This document shows positions 27,773 through 38,891 of a DNA stretch of 43,772 nt, piece by piece. Every line of letters starts with the position of its first letter. Positions within the stretch are counted from its first letter, which is position 1. The DNA comes from Deltaproteobacteria bacterium TL4 (lineage in GTDB: Bacteria > SAR324 > NAC60-12), in assembly GCA_051382335.1 (NCBI GenBank), contig JBBCAX010000160.1:1-43772 (forward strand), read 5' to 3'. A program made the translations under genes and the position numbers. The notes beneath the pieces are model-generated. The model worked only from the letters and a program-made list of their open reading frames with translations. It ran no database searches and was not told where the DNA came from.

Positions 27773-29828
27773 TGCCCGTCGCCCCTGTTGCACCCGTCGC
27801 TCCGTTACAAACATAATTAGTGGCATCGACTTCTCCCGCCTCCAAAGTTGCGTTATCAGCCGTTCCGCCGCCGTCTCCGTTATCGAGTCCGCTTTCGACT
27901 TTTTTGCCACCCGTGGTACAGTTCGCTCCTGCGTTTTCAGTGGTAACTTTTACCAAACTATTTTTCCCAGCAGATCCGGTCGCACCTGTCGCACCTGTCG
28001 CACCTGTTGCACCGTTACAAACATAATTAGTGGCATCAACTTCTCCAATCTCCAAGGTGGCATTATCAGCGGTTCCGCCACTGTCGCCGTTATCGAGTCC
28101 GCTTTCGACTTTTTTGCCACCCGTAGTACAATTCGCTCCTGCGTTTTCAATAGAAACTTTCACCAAGCTATTTTTTCCTGAAGCCCCAGCCGCACCGGTT
28201 GCTCCAGTCGCTCCGTTACAGACGTAATTTGTGGCATCGACTTCTCCAGTTTCCAGAGTGTCGTTATCTGGGGTACCCCCGCCATCGCCGTTATCGATTC
28301 CGCTTTCGACTTTTTTGCCACCCGTGGTACAAGTTGCTCCTGAGTTTTCAGTGGTCACTTTCACCAGACTGTTTTTTCCGGCAATTCCCCTTGCGCCAGT
28401 GGTTCCTGTCGCTCCGTTACAAACGTAATTGGTGGCATCGATTTCTCCGGCTTCCAAATCATTGTTATCCGCGGTACCCCCGCCATCGCCGTTATCGAGT
28501 CCGCTTTCGATTTTTTTGCCACCGAGGGCACAATTCGCTCCGGCGTTTTCCGTATAGATTTTCACCAAACTATTATTGCCCTGAGGCCCCCTCAAACCTG
28601 CGGCTCCGTTACAGACATAACGAGTCGAATCGATTTCACCTGGTTGAAGGCTGTTGTCTCCGGAAATTCCTCCGCCATCGCCATTATCAAGACCGCTGTC
28701 CAGTTTAATACCATGATTGGGACAGTTGACCTTTGCGGATTCGAGAGTGATATTCACTAAACTGTTTTTGGCACCAACACCATCAGAACCATCACAGACG
28801 TAACTGACGACATCGATTTCACCAGGCTCCAGAAGTCCATTATTCAAAACACCATCGCCATCGCCATTATCCAAGCCGGATTCCAATTTTTCACCACCAT
28901 TGGTACAATGGAGGCCTGGGGCTTCGTCAGCAATATTAACGAGACTGCTATGTCCATCATCTCCCGTTGTACCGGAAAGGCCATTACAGACATAATTGGT
29001 GGTGGTGATCTCGCTTTCATCCAACACACTGTTGTTATCGGCATCCATTCCCGCTGTAACTTTTTTCCCTCCTTGCGCACAGTTAGCGCCTGAGGGTTCG
29101 TTATTGATGGCGATTAAATTATGGTTTCCGGGTTGTCCATGGGCTCCATTGCAGAGGTACTGACTTGCCAAAACTTCAGCGTCATCCAACAGAGCGTTTT
29201 GGTTGGCATCAATACCCGTGAGCAGTTTTGAACCTCCATAAGGACAGTTTTCTCCATCAGACTCGCTGAGGGCTTTGACCAAACTTGTTTTTCCTGCTTT
29301 CGCGTTACAAAGGTAACTGATGTTATCCACTTCGTTTGCGATAAGGAGGCCATCCTGATTATCATCGACTCCGCTTTCCACCCGTTTTCCACCCGTCGCA
29401 CAGTTTTTACCTTCGGCTTCCTCAGTGGTATTGATGAGGGACGTCAAGCCTTTCGCGCCATTGCAGACGACTTCAACGGTGGAAACTTCGTTATTTTCCA
29501 GTTTTCCATTTCCATTTTGATCCACTCCCGAGTAGACCTCAATTCCGCCATTGGAGCACTTATCTCCTGGATCAATGGATTTATGCAGAATCGCGGTGGA
29601 ATAGTTTTTTGTAGGTTTTCCTGTTTCATCCGGTATCGCACTATCGCTGCTTCCATCCCCTTCAGCAGAATCGGCTGTTTGCTGGTCATCGGCAAGAATT
29701 TGAGCGTCCGGTGATGTGGATTTCTTTGAGCCATCGGAAGGTGTTTCGCTACAGCCCCAAGATAAAACTGAAACTGTGATCATAATCCCGAATATAAGTC
29801 TATAAATTCCCATTTTTTTCCCTTTCAT
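27753..29828 (-). CDS. Surface lipoprotein with 10 tandem two-cysteine repeat domains (DUF7151-like, from memory), probably 3'-truncated
   Basis: Lipobox SWGC; unit SLV..E..G.NC..GG....SG.D..N..L...E......VCNG x10 with (GAT)n collagen-like linkers; ends abruptly GATGATGTRANYC. Confidence 0.85.
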   Translation of the reverse strand: MKGKKMGIYRLIFGIMITVSVLSWGCSETPSDGSKKSTSPDAQILADDQQTADSAEGDGSSDSAIPDETGKPTKNYSTAILHKSIDPGDKCSNGGIEVYSGVDQNGNGKLENNEVSTVEVVCNGAKGLTSLINTTEEAEGKNCATGGKRVESGVDDNQDGLLIANEVDNISYLCNAKAGKTSLVKALSESDGENCPYGGSKLLTGIDANQNALLDDAEVLASQYLCNGAHGQPGNHNLIAINNEPSGANCAQGGKKVTAGMDADNNSVLDESEITTTNYVCNGLSGTTGDDGHSSLVNIADEAPGLHCTNGGEKLESGLDNGDGDGVLNNGLLEPGEIDVVSYVCDGSDGVGAKNSLVNITLESAKVNCPNHGIKLDSGLDNGDGGGISGDNSLQPGEIDSTRYVCNGAAGLRGPQGNNSLVKIYTENAGANCALGGKKIESGLDNGDGGGTADNNDLEAGEIDATNYVCNGATGTTGARGIAGKNSLVKVTTENSGATCTTGGKKVESGIDNGDGGGTPDNDTLETGEVDATNYVCNGATGATGAAGASGKNSLVKVSIENAGANCTTGGKKVESGLDNGDSGGTADNATLEIGEVDATNYVCNGATGATGATGATGSAGKNSLVKVTTENAGANCTTGGKKVESGLDNGDGGGTADNATLEAGEVDATNYVCNGATGATGATGTRANYC

Positions 29829-30267
29829 GCGCTATGCATTTCATTGGTTGACAATTTTTCAATGCGATCGCTTTTCTTGCCGGAAAGTTATTGAAGCGGA
29901 GAAGAGGATGACCCCATTGAGTGACGACAAATCTGACGATGATATTGAGTTTAGCTCCATCAAAAACGATGGAAGTAAACTTTCTTTATCAAAGGATCGT
30001 TGAAATAGAATGTGTTCCAGGGCGGTCCATTGAAAAGAAATAAAAAAGAGGGGATGAGTGATCAGGAATTTGAAAGAATACTTACCTGGAAATCTCTTAG
30101 AAATGAGTGTTTTCCTCTTTAATCCTTAATTCGCTTTAAGTAGGAATCAACACGATTCTCCCCTGCTTGGTATGTCCGTTGCAAAAAAAAACGGTTGTGC
30201 AAGCGTTTTTTGATTCCAGCAAAAAAAGGGCGGACGCTGATTTCGGTTATGTCGGTGTGGGAAAAGG

Positions 30268-30390
30268 GGCTATAGTCATCGTTTCGCCAAAAGGCAGTAA
30301 TCTTTTGAATCCGGCTTCGACTCCGCTCAGCCTCCGAAACCGTTCCCTGAGCGGAGTCGAAGGGAACCTGGCGAAACGATGACTGTGGCC
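30268..30390. mobile_element. Small TIR-bounded element carrying a CTTCGACTCCGCTCAG REP-like hairpin
   Basis: 20/22 IR GGCTATAGTCATCGTTTCGCCA / TGGCGAAACGATGACTGTGGCC; inner perfect 16-bp IR 30315-30330 / 30347-30362. Confidence 0.7.
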
Positions 30391-30987
30391 AGAATTTCGA
30401 GAGGAACAAAAACAACTCGATCTTGCTGATAAAACCGCTCAAATACAAAAAAAAATTCTCAAAAAAGAAGAATGATCCATATTGGCTAAATCAGCCCATG
30501 TCATATCGAATACAATTTTTTAAAGATCATCCGGAATACAATCCTTTGCAAAGAAACGGTAGTGATTAACTCGGATGGGGCGGGATGGGCGTTGAGCCAG
30601 GAAAGCGTAGATTATCAGAAATGCGTGTTTTTCTCAAAACTCGGATCTCCATAGTTTCAGTCACACCCTGCTTTTTCGATTTGCCTTCAGCCTTTATCCT
30701 AAAAAAATGCTTGCGGTTCATGTTCTGAGCATTAAAAAGCTTGTGATTTTATGGATTATTTTTATGGTATGGAGTTTCGGGATGTGAAAATATCTCAGAG
30801 GTTCCCCTTTTATGTCAAACTTTTGTGTTCCTTAAGTTGATGTCAGTGCACGTAAACACTCTGATATCACTGTCTTGGAGTTCCGCGTAACATACCTCAA
30901 TCAGCTCTTCATCGTGAGCTTGTTGTCAGGGGGAACTGAACTACTCCAAGGCTCAACCATAGTCCATTAACCCTATATGAATACATC

Positions 30988-32307
30988 ATGCAAACTACTG
31001 TTCAAGATTTAGGAAAACTAAAACGATCAATTGCTATTGAAATTTCACTGGACGAAATGAAATCCTCCTATGATGACGTTCTAACGAAAATCAAAGGTGT
31101 TAAAGTGCGTGGATTTCGACCGGGAAAATTCCCCAAAGGTTGGTTAGAGAAGCGTTTTAAGGAGTATATGACCCATGAAGCACTGGAAAAAATAGTGCCC
31201 GAATATTATCAAAAAGCCTTAGAAGAAAAGGGGTTGCAAGCAGCGACTCAAGCTAAAGTGGGTGATATCACTTTTGATAGAAAGTCTCCTCTGAGTGTGA
31301 CTCTAAATTTTGAAATCAAACCCGAATTATCACCGCTTGACTATACCAGGTTTTCCTTGGAGAAAAAGGAAGTTACTGTGACTGAGGAGGAAGTCAACGC
31401 ACGAATTGAAGCGATGAGGAAGTCCGAAGCCGTTCTAAAAAACAAGGCAGAAAATGCCGTTGCGGCAACCGGAGATCAGGTCACCATTGACTATGTAGGC
31501 ACTATTGACGGTGAGCCTTTTGAAGATTGTGAGCGTAAAGGCGCAAAATTTGAGCTCGGAGGCAGGGCTTATCCGGAGTTCTCTCCTCATGTTGAAGGCA
31601 TGAAAGTTTCTGAAACCAAGGAAGTGTCCATTGAACTGCCTGAATCCTTCGAAAGTTCTGCTGGAAAGACCGCTCAATTCCGGATTACTTTGTCAAATTT
31701 GCAAGAATTGGAAGCCCCGGAACTGGACGAGGCGTTCTATAAAAAGTTTGAAAAATCAAATAATGAGGAATTTCGACAGTTTGTGGAAGAAAGTTTGCAT
31801 CAAGCAAAAAGAGAGTTCAATTATTCTGGTTACCGGGAAGCCATTAGAACGCAATTACCAGCTTTGTATGGGGAATTTGATCTTCCGGAAGAGCTGCTCC
31901 AAGCGAAAGAGGAAGCCTTAGCGAAACTTCATCATGATCCTAAAGACGCAACTGAAGAAGGTGCGTCCATAGACAAGCCAGGGCCTGATCATAAGGCAGA
32001 GCTTGAAAATTTCAAAAAAGAGTTGCGTCTCGAATATATTCTCGATAGTGTGGCAAAGAAGGAATCCGTTCCACAAAATACCGATAAAGTTTTTGAACGA
32101 TTCACTCAAATGGCTATGTTGTTTGGCGGAAAGCCTTCCGAATTTATCAAAACAGAAACAGGTCAACATTTCTACAATATTACCGTTCAGAGCGTTTATG
32201 AAGAAGAAATCCTCAACTTTATTGTGGCTCAAGTGGTTGGAGAACCTTTGGAACTACCCGTAGATTCTGACGTAAATGTTGAGGCCCCTAACACTTCTAA
32301 TGAATAG
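30988..32307 (+). CDS. tig: Trigger factor
   Basis: GFRPGKFP ribosome-binding motif, FKBP domain ([17 protein letters not shown]); upstream of clpP. Confidence 0.95.
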   Translation: MQTTVQDLGKLKRSIAIEISLDEMKSSYDDVLTKIKGVKVRGFRPGKFPKGWLEKRFKEYMTHEALEKIVPEYYQKALEEKGLQAATQAKVGDITFDRKSPLSVTLNFEIKPELSPLDYTRFSLEKKEVTVTEEEVNARIEAMRKSEAVLKNKAENAVAATGDQVTIDYVGTIDGEPFEDCERKGAKFELGGRAYPEFSPHVEGMKVSETKEVSIELPESFESSAGKTAQFRITLSNLQELEAPELDEAFYKKFEKSNNEEFRQFVEESLHQAKREFNYSGYREAIRTQLPALYGEFDLPEELLQAKEEALAKLHHDPKDATEEGASIDKPGPDHKAELENFKKELRLEYILDSVAKKESVPQNTDKVFERFTQMAMLFGGKPSEFIKTETGQHFYNITVQSVYEEEILNFIVAQVVGEPLELPVDSDVNVEAPNTSNE

Positions 32308-32315
32308 GATTAAGA

Positions 32316-32921
32316 ATGACACTCATTCCAATGGTTGTCGAGCAAACAAATCGAGGTGAAAGGGCTTATGATATCTATTCTAGGCTCTTGAAGGATCGTA
32401 TTGTTTTTCTAGGAACTCCTGTGGATGACCACGTAGCGAATCTGATGATTGCTCAGTTATTATTTCTGGAAGCGGAAGATCCCGATCATGATATTTCGCT
32501 CTATATCAACTGCCCGGGAGGATTAGTGACCGCGGGGCTGGCGATCTACGATACGATGCAATATCTAAAGCCTGACATCCGAACGATTTGTTTGGGGCAG
32601 GCTGCCAGTATGGGCGCCGTGCTGCTTGCGGCAGGTGCTCACGGAAAGCGTTATGCGCTCCCAAATGCAAGGATTATGATCCATCAACTGACTGGAGGTT
32701 TTTCGGGGCAAGCGGAAGATATCGACATCCAGGCGAAGGAAATGGTTCGCATGAAGAATGCACTGAATGGGGTGCTTGCCCGTCATACAGGGAAGTCGAT
32801 GGAGACCATTGAGAAAGATACGCAAAGAGATTATTTTTTTTCTAGTGATGAAGCTAAGGAATATGGTATTGTAGACTCAGTGATGGTGAGCAGAGGTGCC
32901 GTAACCTCTAAAATTGTTTGA
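32316..32921 (+). CDS. clpP: Clp protease proteolytic subunit
   Basis: [27 protein letters not shown]. Confidence 0.98.
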   Translation: MTLIPMVVEQTNRGERAYDIYSRLLKDRIVFLGTPVDDHVANLMIAQLLFLEAEDPDHDISLYINCPGGLVTAGLAIYDTMQYLKPDIRTICLGQAASMGAVLLAAGAHGKRYALPNARIMIHQLTGGFSGQAEDIDIQAKEMVRMKNALNGVLARHTGKSMETIEKDTQRDYFFSSDEAKEYGIVDSVMVSRGAVTSKIV

Positions 32922-32960
32922 AGGGGAAGTCGTCAATTATGCTTGAAAAGGAAAGGGGTT

Positions 32961-34217
32961 ATGAGCAGTCAAAAAGATACGCCGCTACGATGTTCGTTTT
33001 GTGGTAAGACTCAAGATGAAGTGAAAAAAATTATTGCGGGGCCGACCGTCTACATATGTGACGAGTGCATCGAACTTTGCAATGATATTATGGAAGAAGA
33101 ATGGCATAAAGACCGAATTGTAGAGCAACGGCATACACTCCTGAAACCCGTCGAGATTAAGGCTGTGCTTGACGATTACGTGGTTGGACAGGAGTTATCA
33201 AAAAAGGTACTTTCTGTTGCGGTTTACAATCACTATAAGCGCATTCAAGCCAATTTTGGAGAGGATGGTGTTGAGCTTCAAAAGAGTAACATCTTAATCA
33301 TTGGTCCTACGGGGACAGGAAAAACGTTGTTAGCGCAGACTTTGGCCAAAATCCTTAATGTTCCTTTTGCCATGGCGGATGCGACAACTTTGACTGAAGC
33401 CGGCTATGTGGGTGAGGACGTTGAGAATATTGTGCTCAAGTTGCTTCAAAATGCGGATTATGATGTTGAACGTGCCGAACAGGGAATTATTTACATTGAT
33501 GAAATTGATAAAATCACGCGTAAAAGTGAAAACCCTTCTATCACCCGCGATGTTTCGGGGGAAGGCGTACAGCAGGCGCTTTTGAAGATTATTGAAGGGA
33601 CTGTCGCCAATATTCCACCGCAAGGGGGAAGAAAACATCCTCAGCAGGAATGTGTTCAGGTGGATACGACGAATATCCTTTTTATCTGTGGTGGTGCCTT
33701 TATCGGCTTGGATGATATCATTAATCGTCGGATTGGACATTGCTCCATTGGCTTTGGTAATAGTGAACGCCGAAAGCTTGATGCTCATGATGCCGTCCTG
33801 AATGAATTGGTAACCGAGGATCTGTTGAAATATGGGTTGATTCCTGAGTTTGTGGGACGGTTGCCTGTGATCAGCACCTTGAAAGACTTGACCGAAGATG
33901 ACTTGGTTCAAATTCTGGTTGAGCCCAAGAATGCGTTGATTAAGCAATATCAAAAACTTTTTGAACTTGAAAATGTTGAGCTTTCTTTCACCAAGGGGGC
34001 GATTAGAGCCATTGCGCGGGAAGCCATAAAAGGCAAAACGGGAGCTCGTGGGTTGCGTTCTATCATAGAAAAAATCATGCTTGATGTGATGTATGATATC
34101 CCCTCGCAGCCAGAAATTCAAGGATGTATTATTAACGAAAATGCGGTCACGCAACAAGCCGCGCCTAAAATAGTGTATCATAATGAAATAAAAAGTCCGA
34201 AAGCCCGGGCTAGTTGA
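32961..34217 (+). CDS. clpX: Clp ATPase subunit ClpX; start ATG 32961
   Basis: CSFCGK..ICDECI Zn finger, [27 protein letters not shown] loop, GARGLR. Confidence 0.98.
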   Translation: MSSQKDTPLRCSFCGKTQDEVKKIIAGPTVYICDECIELCNDIMEEEWHKDRIVEQRHTLLKPVEIKAVLDDYVVGQELSKKVLSVAVYNHYKRIQANFGEDGVELQKSNILIIGPTGTGKTLLAQTLAKILNVPFAMADATTLTEAGYVGEDVENIVLKLLQNADYDVERAEQGIIYIDEIDKITRKSENPSITRDVSGEGVQQALLKIIEGTVANIPPQGGRKHPQQECVQVDTTNILFICGGAFIGLDDIINRRIGHCSIGFGNSERRKLDAHDAVLNELVTEDLLKYGLIPEFVGRLPVISTLKDLTEDDLVQILVEPKNALIKQYQKLFELENVELSFTKGAIRAIAREAIKGKTGARGLRSIIEKIMLDVMYDIPSQPEIQGCIINENAVTQQAAPKIVYHNEIKSPKARAS

Positions 34218-34320
34218 GCCGCCTGCCTTTTAAGGGAGAAATTACCCCTTCTCCCTTCACCCTCATTTTGCATAAGCCTATCGATTGCTTCGAGTTACAT
34301 CACACATTTTGGAGTTTTTT

Positions 34321-35325
34321 ATGAAGAACATGGACGTTTATGGTATTGGAAATCCCTTAATTGATTTACTGGCACATGTCTCAGACGATTTTCTTGTGGA
34401 AAATGAAATACAAAAAGACCGGATGTATTTAGTTGAAGAAGCTCGTCAAAAAGAACTGATACAACGGTTGATGGCACAGAAATGTGAAATCATCACAGCT
34501 CCCGGAGGATCGTGTGCCAATACGATCATCGGAATTAGTCAGCTTGGAGGAAAGACATCGTTCAGTGGTAAAATAGGGAATGATGAGTATGGAAAGATTT
34601 ATCAGGAAAAACTTGAAGCCTCCGGGGTCAACAATTGTTTGGGGGTTATCAAAGGAACAACCGGGAGCAGTTTGGTTCTTGTCTCTGAAGATGGCGCCAG
34701 AACCATGAATACTTACTTGGGAAGCTGTCAGTCCCTGCATTATATGGATATCAAAGAGGAAATGATCAAAACGTCCAAATATCTCTATTTGACAGGATAT
34801 CTTTGGGATACGGAAACTCAGAAAAAAACGGTAGAATTTGCGTTAAACAAAGCGAAGCCTTATAACACCAAAGTCGCAATGAGTTTGTCCGATGCGTTTT
34901 GTGTAGAACGTCACAAGCAGGATTTCATCAATCTTTTAAAAAAGCACGTTGATTTAGTTTTCTGTAACCTGGATGAAGCGACCCACATTACAGGAACCTC
35001 CGTTGCTCAGGAAGCCGTTGATGTTCTGGGGAAGGATGTTGAAACCGTGGTCCTTACCATGGGAGGACGAGGTGCGTTGATTGCGCATAAGGGGAGAACC
35101 CTTTACATTGACCCCGTTCCTGTTGATGTGCTGGATACCACCGGTGCCGGGGATGCTTTTGCTGCAGGTTTTCTTTATGGTATCACTCAAGGCCGCCCTC
35201 ATCTGGAATGCGGACGAATGGCAGCCTTCCTGGCCTCCGAGGTTATTTCCCGAATGGGTCCACGGTCTCAGGACAATGTGAAAGAAAAATTTAAAAAAGT
35301 TTTTGAGAGTTTAAAACTACGTTGA
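34321..35325 (+). CDS. PfkB-family (adenosine kinase-like) kinase; start ATG 34321
   Basis: GIGNPLID, PGGSCANT, DTTGAGDAFAAGF. Confidence 0.9.
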   Translation: MKNMDVYGIGNPLIDLLAHVSDDFLVENEIQKDRMYLVEEARQKELIQRLMAQKCEIITAPGGSCANTIIGISQLGGKTSFSGKIGNDEYGKIYQEKLEASGVNNCLGVIKGTTGSSLVLVSEDGARTMNTYLGSCQSLHYMDIKEEMIKTSKYLYLTGYLWDTETQKKTVEFALNKAKPYNTKVAMSLSDAFCVERHKQDFINLLKKHVDLVFCNLDEATHITGTSVAQEAVDVLGKDVETVVLTMGGRGALIAHKGRTLYIDPVPVDVLDTTGAGDAFAAGFLYGITQGRPHLECGRMAAFLASEVISRMGPRSQDNVKEKFKKVFESLKLR

Positions 35326-35329
35326 GATT

Positions 35330-36544
35330 ATGCCTGAACTGTTAGCACCTGCAGGGAATTTAGAGAAACTGAAAATTGCGGTTCTTTATGGAGCCAATGC
35401 GGTTTATGTGGCAGGTTATAGTTTTAGCCTGAGAGGTGCTGCCGATAATTTTTCGAATGAAGAATTACATGAAGGCATTGCTTTTGCGCATGCCCATGGC
35501 GCGAAAGTTTATGTCACGCTCAATGCCTTCCTTTATGATGACGATTTAAAAGACCTTCCGGCCTATGTCCTTTTTCTGGAACAATGTCACACTGATGCCG
35601 TCATCGTGTCCGATGTGGGGGTGATAGACGTTGTTCAATCTCATTCAAATCTGCCTGTTCATTTGTCAACACAAGCTTCATGTCTTAATCAATATGCGGC
35701 ACAATTATGGAAAAATTTAGGCGTGAGACGTCTTGTCCTTGGACGGGAAGTCTCCATTCAACAAGCGCGAGCAATCAAGCAGCACGTTGATCTAGAAATC
35801 GAGATGTTTGTGCATGGCGCAATGTGCATGGCCTATGCCGGAAATTGTACAATTTCCAATTATACGGCAGGTCGGGATAGTAATCGCGGGGGGTGTGTTC
35901 AAAGTTGTCGATTTGCTTATGGCCTTCAAAAGGAACTACCGCCAATTACCTCCGATGCCGAGTTAATCAGTTTTATGAGTTCCAAAGATTTGAGAGGACT
36001 GAACTTGATACCGCAGTTTATTGAGGCTGAAATTGACAGCTTAAAAATTGAAGGACGGATGAAGAGTAACTTATATGTCGCCACAACGGTCAGTACCTAC
36101 TCACAAGCCCTCCAGGCGTCTCGTTCGTTAAGCAAAGAAGCCTTGTCTTCAAAACTTGACGAATTATCTCGTGAGCTGGAAAAAATTAAATATCGCGGAT
36201 ACACAGAAGCTTCTTTACAACATCCAGCCTCAACTGATAGTATTTACTTGGGAGATCGCCAAGGTGTTGAGACCCAGTATGATATTGCCGGTACCGTTTT
36301 AGAAGTTCATCCCGAGGACTTCATCACGTTGTTGACCCAAAATCCGTTTTCGTCTCAAAGTACTGTCGAAATTCTGGGACTCCAAGGGGAAATCATTGCT
36401 TTGCCTGTGACCTCAATGCGAAATCTTAAGCATGAACCCATCACTCATGCGCCACAAAATAGTGTTGTTTTAATTCCTTACGTTGAGTCTGTGGAACCCT
36501 TGACTTTAGCCCGATTAAAATCAGTGGATCGAGCCTCAGTTTAA
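35330..36544 (+). CDS. Peptidase U32 family protein (TrhP/YegQ-like tRNA hydroxylation)
   Basis: PELLAPAG, HLSTQA, EMFVHGAMCMAYAGNC, NRGGCVQSCR, SLKIEGRMKS. Confidence 0.9.
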   Translation: MPELLAPAGNLEKLKIAVLYGANAVYVAGYSFSLRGAADNFSNEELHEGIAFAHAHGAKVYVTLNAFLYDDDLKDLPAYVLFLEQCHTDAVIVSDVGVIDVVQSHSNLPVHLSTQASCLNQYAAQLWKNLGVRRLVLGREVSIQQARAIKQHVDLEIEMFVHGAMCMAYAGNCTISNYTAGRDSNRGGCVQSCRFAYGLQKELPPITSDAELISFMSSKDLRGLNLIPQFIEAEIDSLKIEGRMKSNLYVATTVSTYSQALQASRSLSKEALSSKLDELSRELEKIKYRGYTEASLQHPASTDSIYLGDRQGVETQYDIAGTVLEVHPEDFITLLTQNPFSSQSTVEILGLQGEIIALPVTSMRNLKHEPITHAPQNSVVLIPYVESVEPLTLARLKSVDRASV

Positions 36545-36559
36545 TGAAACCTTCAAGGA

Positions 36560-37249
36560 GTGAATAGCATGCCATCATCTTTCCAGAAATGTGGGTATAT
36601 CGGGATCCTTCTGATTATAGTGAGCTTGGCGTTAATAGCGGTGTTTCCGGTTCAAGTTCCTTGGATGATGGACGGCTTTGTCACGCCTATTGTCGCCTTT
36701 GAGTTTGTGGAAACACCTCAGGAAATTTATCAAATGTTTCAGACGGAGCATATTGAAGAGCAACTGGTTTTGTTTAAAGGGATGGAATCAGGTCTTTACA
36801 TCGACTTCCTTTATGCTTGGATTTATGCGGGTTTTTTGGTTGTATTTGCCTTTCTTTGTCAAAAAGAAACAGGAGGGAAGCTTTTTTTCATGGGGATGTT
36901 GATTTCTATATTTGCGGCCGCAACAGATAATTTTGAAAATTATTATATGCTCCGTATCCTTTCAAAATTTCATACCGCCAACTTGGAACAGGATCTTGGC
37001 ATGCTACATCTTTTTACATGGTTGAAGTGGGGAAGTCTCACTGTCGTTTTTCTAAGCTTGCTTCCACATTTTTTTCAAGGCAATCGCTATGCGAAACTAA
37101 TCGGTATGACAGGGGGACTTGCTTTCCTGTTGGCCCTATTTGCTTTTTTTCATCGTTCCTGGCTTAACGAGCTTTTATCGCTAACCATCGTTATCACTTT
37201 TGTGTTGATGATCATTTACTGTTTTACGCATAAGTCGGTGCCTTCATGA
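36560..37249 (+). CDS. Hypothetical multi-pass membrane protein
   Basis: About 6 hydrophobic segments; PIVAFEF and DNFEN motifs. Confidence 0.75.
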   Translation: MNSMPSSFQKCGYIGILLIIVSLALIAVFPVQVPWMMDGFVTPIVAFEFVETPQEIYQMFQTEHIEEQLVLFKGMESGLYIDFLYAWIYAGFLVVFAFLCQKETGGKLFFMGMLISIFAAATDNFENYYMLRILSKFHTANLEQDLGMLHLFTWLKWGSLTVVFLSLLPHFFQGNRYAKLIGMTGGLAFLLALFAFFHRSWLNELLSLTIVITFVLMIIYCFTHKSVPS

Positions 37250-37514
37250 AGTACACACCTCTACGAGGCTGTGAAAGAAGGCCTGGAGACCAGACTGTTT
37301 TACCACCTTAACTTCAGTTGAAAAAATAAACATTTCTGTCCTTGAAGCGAAAAGACGGGAAAAAGACTTTTTTTTTACGCAAGGACATGCACTATGTCCC
37401 CCAAGTTGAAGAGGCTGTTGCCCAAGGACTTATCTATATTGGAATTAATTGCTGAGATCTCACCTCTTTCTATAAACAGGCGCTAAGTCGGGTTTGGAGA
37501 GATCACTGACTTAG

Positions 37515-38156
37515 TTAAAAGCCATAACCTACAGCAATCGCAATATTGAGAGCTGATTTATCGTTGAGTGTTGAAACCGTTCCTTTAGAATCCGTCAAGC
37601 TAATGTTTTGCCCCAGTTGATGAATGCGATAATTTAGCCCCAAATTTAGCAAAATGTTCCCTGAACTTCGGTCCCAAACGACTCCAAGATCGGCAATCGA
37701 ATCCGTGGATCTCACTGCAGTTACTGCGTCTGTTCCGCCACTGGTGCTTGCTCCCGCAGGCAGAAGAATGGTTGCTCCACCGACCATCAATTCCAACGAT
37801 AGATTTTCGGTTAAGCTCATCTGTGCTCCAATACCGGATACATTTTGAGTCCCGTTGGTAACAGCATCGCCCGTCTCTACGTTGAAAGAACTTTGTTCGT
37901 TGTGAATAAAAAACGTACCTTCACCCTCATGGGCAAAATTTAACCGAAAGTAATTGCCATTTCCTTGTTTGAATTCTGATTTCTGATGTTGCTGAAAAAG
38001 AATACCAAAAGTAAAACCGATCCCAACACCCTTGTTAGAAGCTCCTGAAGCGGCTTGTGTACCACCTGTTGCCGCAAAAGAAATTCCCGCACTAAGCAAC
38101 ATGATGACAAGCATGCTTGTCATTTTTTTAATAAAATTCATAAAATCAACTCTCAC
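37515..38156 (-). CDS. Putative outer-membrane beta-barrel protein
   Basis: Signal peptide ending SFA, alternating amphipathic strands, C-terminal VGYGF beta-signal. Confidence 0.65.
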   Translation of the reverse strand: MRVDFMNFIKKMTSMLVIMLLSAGISFAATGGTQAASGASNKGVGIGFTFGILFQQHQKSEFKQGNGNYFRLNFAHEGEGTFFIHNEQSSFNVETGDAVTNGTQNVSGIGAQMSLTENLSLELMVGGATILLPAGASTSGGTDAVTAVRSTDSIADLGVVWDRSSGNILLNLGLNYRIHQLGQNISLTDSKGTVSTLNDKSALNIAIAVGYGF

Positions 38157-38309
38157 AAAAAATTAAGTTAAAAGCCGTAAAACCGAAAACCCTACCTTTT
38201 CACCTCGATCTTTCAGATCTTAAATGGATCGTAGTTTTTTATTCCAGAACGTTGCCCCTACCATATGACTCTGCGCTACGGCCACTCACTTATAACCTAC
38301 TGAAATCAC

Positions 38310-38385
38310 TGGTGCTCCCACCGCGACTTGAACGCAGAGCTACGGATTAGGAATCCATTATTTTATCCAGTTAAACTATGGGAGC
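38310..38385 (-). tRNA. tRNA-Arg(CCT)
   Basis: GCTCCCA acceptor stem, D-arm, anticodon arm ATGGA-TTCCTAA-TCCGT, GTTCAAGTC T-loop, encoded CCA; 76 nt. Confidence 0.95.
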
Positions 38386-38533
38386 CAAAGATGAAAATCG
38401 GAGCCGACTATGCATGGATTCCAACGTAAATTCAAGGCAATTAGTTTCCTGTCTTCCAACTCCTTGAGCGATCGTCATCACAGGCCCTCAAGTGTATCCT
38501 CTCCAAATCTCAGGGTAGGATCTGAATTTCCCT

Positions 38534-38597
38534 GAATTTAGACATACTTCCCCACTCGATCCCCCAGCGAATAAGTGTAATAAGCTATTGTTGAAAA
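38534..38597 (+). repeat. 64-bp dispersed direct repeat, copy 1 (probable IS end)
   Basis: 63/64 identical to 41990-42053. Confidence 0.85.
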
Positions 38598-38638
38598 TAT
38601 CCACCTGTGCAGGTGTATTTTAAGCAACCAGCTTAAAC

Positions 38639-38821
38639 TGAGTTTGGCAGGCCAAATATGCACCCTTTTTTGCCCTTTTGGCAGCCCAAATATGTACCCC
38701 TTATTTTTTCTTTTCAAAAAACGCTAGACCATGATTTTAGGGCTTTTGAAAGGAAAAAATAATCAATGAGGGGGTGCGTTTTTCGGCTGCCACAGGGGTG
38801 CACTTTTCCTTTGCCATATCA
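38639..38821. mobile_element. IS21-family-derived miniature element
   Basis: TG...CA ends, each with two subterminal ~20-bp repeats TGGCAG(G/C)C(C/G)AAA(T)A.GCACCC in inverted orientation; no transposase. Confidence 0.65.
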
Positions 38822-38837
38822 GGGCAGCAAGCTTTCT

Positions 38838-38871
38838 GGTGCGCTCCTCGCTTCGCTTAAGCGCACCCTAC
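38838..38871 (-). repeat. GTAG-type REP-like hairpin
   Basis: Minus strand GTAG-GGTGCGCT..AGCGCACC. Confidence 0.55.
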
Positions 38872-38891
38872 ATCCATTCTTGGACAGCCAT

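Noticed and set aside
27775..28700. Regularly spaced DNA repeats as a CRISPR array
   Set aside because: The 201-210-bp period is in frame and corresponds to protein domain repeats; there are no unique spacers
30119..30448. ORFs 30119-30448 and 30167-30382
   Set aside because: Translations (PFDSAQG, LSGVEG) come from the REP-like hairpin and are typical spurious ORFs
33330..34181. 283-aa antisense ORF
   Set aside because: Mirror frame of highly conserved clpX
38160..38385. Integrated island at tRNA-Arg
   Set aside because: No integrase and no duplicated tRNA 3' end seen; the IS debris lies on the 5' side
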